From positions 1 to 60,461 of the forward strand of contig CAVOID010000001.1 in NCBI GenBank assembly GCA_963695875.1: a stretch of DNA of 60,461 bases, in the 5' to 3' direction. The stretch is from an uncultured delta proteobacterium (GTDB lineage: Bacteria; Desulfobacterota; Syntrophia; Syntrophales; UBA2185). This document shows, piece after piece, positions 57,252 through 60,461 of the stretch; the first letter of the stretch is position 1; every line of letters starts with the position of its first letter. The notes beneath the pieces are model-generated. The model ran no database searches. It worked only from the letters and a program-made list of their open reading frames with translations, and was not told the DNA's origin. The position numbers and the translations under genes were made by a program.

Positions 57252-58688
57252 GAGACCTTTGAATTTTGCATTCATGTTTTGATTCGTATCCATATCCTGT
57301 TTTTTTCAGACGTGACACATGGTTCGTAAACTATCAATAATGGATGATCACCAAGACCTATGGGGCATCATTTGCACAATAAACTGGTTTATTAACATGT
57401 TCAATAACTTATCTGCCCGTTCTTTGTCTCGACGCAGACTTCTCCGTATATTTATGCTGTTCCGAGGATTTTAGCCCCTCGGAACAGATTGAAAGCCATC
57501 TGTCTGCACATGACATCTATGAATTCTTCATGATCTTAGTAAACCTGGCGCGGAAAGCATTATCATGCAGATGGCTCAAACCAAGTACTGCTCAACGATG
57601 TAACGCTTTTTCGAGATCTGCTTGTTTCGCTCTTTCTCATAATCGGTAACGGTGTTCCGGGGTGGCCTTCCTCATGATGCCGTCTCCGATGTCGTTCATG
57701 TGAGAAATGTCCGGTTCGGCTCGCCGTAATACCCCTTATCGGCGTACACTTTCTTAACAGGCATATCCGTATGGCAACTGGCAGCCACACAGTAGGGAAG
57801 ATGATTGCTGTCATGCACCGAAGCCGGTGTATATCAGTCGCCAATACAAACCCGTGAATCGCATCCACAGAAGCGTGTTCCTTGAGGCCGTAGAAAGGAA
57901 TATTGTTCCTGACCGTCCAGTCCGATTCAGATCACGAGAAAACTTCATGATGTTTCCTTTCTTGTCCAGATTACCCTCAGAGGTCTCCCGCGTCTCTTTT
58001 TGTTGCTTCATCTCGTCGTTGCTGATGGGACGACTAGCGGATTGGACCAACCTGGCATCAACGGCAATACCTTCGTTAATGCTCAAACCCTTGCTTGCGA
58101 ACTGTTGTAGGACGGCATTGTTGATTTGTGTCATGGCGTCTTTAGACAGACGGCTTCGAAATCGGGAAAAGGTGGAATGATCCGGAGAAGGTTTATCAAA
58201 TGAAATCCCCAGAAACTTTTTAAAGGAGATCCGGTCATTGATCTGGGTCTCCAGCTCCGGGTCAGAGTCGATCTGGACCACTTCGGGAGCAACAAGCCCT
58301 TCAGAAGCATGAGGGCGGATAGGCGTCAGCGCCTTCCCTGGAGGTTCCGGTGGTATAATGTGTCATCAGGACCGATTCGATCGTGCTCCAGTTGATGGTT
58401 GCATTGATCCTTTCCAGCCGCTTGAGAGAGCGGTTATGTTCCATGGAACTCAGAAGAGAGACTTCAGCGAAGGTCATGTGTGGATCGATTTTCTTGTAGC
58501 CCATATCCCCTCCAGATGATTGTATTTTGATGGAGAAATATGGCACAAAATAGCGTGATTGTCAAGTAAAATCATATATTTAATATACATTTTCCGTTTG
58601 CTAATGTGAGCTTTTTTAACAAGATGAGCAGGACTTTTAACGAAAACAGTCATCAGTGGAAAGTTTATGCGAGTTATGCAAAGCTCTC
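57252..58688 (-). mobile_element. IS5-family insertion sequence with a frameshifted transposase (57452-58504)
   Basis: GADAYPP, SPDHSTFSRFR and IAVDARLV motifs; ends GAGACCTTTGAATTT and TTATGCAAAGCTCTC (11/15); CTAT on both flanks. Confidence 0.85.
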
Positions 58689-58791
58689 CTATGATCATAG
58701 GGCCCACTCTTTAAACTTCTGCTATGTAACCTTTACCGTTGCCGATGCGCTTAGCGGGTCGGAAGCTCCATTTAAGACCTGTCACAATCAT

Positions 58792-59031
58792 AGACCTTGA
58801 GAATCTGCATTTTCTCTTGTCATTTTCACGCAGTCGGAAATCCAGAAAGTCTATAATACTGGATTCATGCCTTCAGGAAACCCTCGTGCCCCGTGGAGCA
58901 CCGCGTATCATGATAATGTATTGTCATGCTGAGCTTGTCGAAGCGTGGAGTTACCCTTCGACCGCTCAGGACGACATCCATGTTCGTAGGAATGACAAAA
59001 AGAATGTGTTTATGTAATTATTAAAAGCCTC
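58792..59031. repeat. Nested palindromic repeats within degenerate IS5-like ends
   Basis: Outer TGTCATT..ATCCAG/CTGGATT..GGAATGACA (58818-58997); inner TGTCATGCTGAGCTTGTCGAAG..CTTCGACCGCTCAGGACGACA (58922-58976). Confidence 0.7.
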
Positions 59032-59033
59032 AA

Positions 59034-60461
59034 TCATTTCATAGGGAGAAAGACACGAAAGGTCGTCCCCTTTCCCTCCTCGCTCTCAACTTCAATCTTG
59101 CCGCTGTGAGCTTCGACAATGGTCTTACAATGAAAAAGGCCAATTCCCATCCCTTTCTTTTTTGTTGTCTGAAAAGGGCGGAACAGATGCTTGTTAATGA
59201 ACTCCTGGGACATTCCGCACCCATTATCGCAAATAGCTATTTCAGCCCATGTGCCCCGGTTATTGGTAATGACCGTAATCTGTCCACCATTGCCGGTTGC
59301 CTCGTGAGCATTCATCAGAAGATTCTCCAGGGCCTTCTGGAGTTGGTCCCTATCAACTGATATCGGTGGGAGGTCTTGAAGATCTTGAACTATGCAGGTG
59401 TCAATGTATCCATTCATCCGGATACTGTTTCTCTGATGAGTTCATTTACATCCGTCATTTGCGGCGATATTTCCAGCTTCTGGCTCAGAAGGGAGAGGCG
59501 GCTGCTCATGGTGTTGATTTTTGAAACGCTCTGTTCAATTGTCTGCAGAGCGTCATTGCGGAATTCAGGATTGTCCATGTGTAGAGGGAGATTCTGTGTT
59601 ACGAGGGATAGCTTTGAGGCCAGATTCTTCAGGTCATGCATGAAAAAGGCTGACATAGACTGAAAGGCTTCAAGTTCCTTTGCATGACGTATTTGCTCCG
59701 AAAGTCTCAGGTTCAGCAAAGCCGCCGCTGCCTGGTCAGCTATGGTTTTAATGAGTCCAAATTCTTCAAAAGTCAGAGGTTCATAAAATACTTTTTCGCT
59801 CAACGTCATGATTCCGATGAGGTGGCCGGCTGCATTTAGAGGGACACAGTAGCGTATCCGGGATTCTTTGGTCTCCATTCCATAAGTATGTTTCAGATCT
59901 TCTACCCAGTCATCCTTGCGGCTTTCCAGATCGACCGGCATGGTTTGATCGATCATGGCCCGGATCAGATCGGCACCCCGCCTGGCCGAAGAATTTCAGA
60001 CCCTCAGCCTGAGCAGCCGTAAACACGGTAGAGCCCCCAAACGAAAGCCGCTCTTTTTTTTCATCAACGAGCCAGATGCTTACAGATAGGATCTCCAGGG
60101 TTTCCGAGACCATCCTGACAATTATGCTACAAAGATCTCTGGTTTGTGTTACAGAGGCAGTTCTCCTGGTAAAATCCTCCCAGATCTTTTGATAGTCATA
60201 CTGGGGCCGCTTGAAATGCTGGCTGATGAAGCGTTTCCTCTTCATGCGGAGGCGATCCGAGAGCAGAATGGTGGCAAGCCCGATGACGGCTACAAAGACC
60301 AGAAATATGAGAATATGAATATCCTTGATCCACTCGAAACGGAGCGAAAACCAGGAAAGCACACCCACGGAGATAAAATAGATACCGACGATGAGTACCG
60401 TAAAAGAATTATATAGAAATTGGTGGGAGAGATGGACACTGACATCAAGGGGCTTTCCCCG
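59034..60461 (-). CDS. prsK: PEP-CTERM system histidine kinase, 5' partial, frameshifted
   Basis: FISQHF..PQYDY.KIW, GAF, SAFFMHDLKN, DNPEF, DNGCGM, LFRPFQTTK.GMGIGL. Confidence 0.88.

Overview
A 60 kb bacterial window, probably from a Desulfobacterota/Syntrophales-like anaerobe (inference from gene content). Single-base indels split many conserved genes, including groES and groEL, so the sequence is probably an unpolished long-read assembly. 1 to ~2.13 kb: an amidohydrolase and a nested heptamer hairpin, ending at an abrupt junction that truncates a glutaredoxin. 2.5-31.8 kb: mostly core genes. These include a ThDP enzyme, an AmmeMemoRadiSam operon with export-type N-termini plus a spermidine-synthase-like membrane protein, polX, rmuC, an MltD-like enzyme, groESL, tRNA-Val(CAC), a PAS-HisKA/receiver pair, kdsD, a transglutaminase-ABC module, lpxH, speB, a 7TM kinase and tRNA-fMet. 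31.8-60.5 kb: an envelope/secretion region with a priming sugar transferase, a full gspC-N type II secretion operon whose secretin carries a duplicated SPOR-like tail, LamG-VanZ and a nucleotide-sugar dehydrogenase. In this region prsR and prsK are separated by a CFI-box-CTERM repeat surface protein and an IS5-family element. The strongest candidates for something new are: (1) an interlocked mobile-repeat system, made of a GIY-YIG (Ssn-like) nuclease between 31-bp inverted repeats, related hairpins packaged in MITEs whose ends match the IS5 termini, and one repeat half translated inside the GspI leader; (2) an apparently exported AmmeMemoRadiSam system; (3) a SPOR-tailed T2SS linked to PrsK/PrsR and a CFI-box-CTERM protein.
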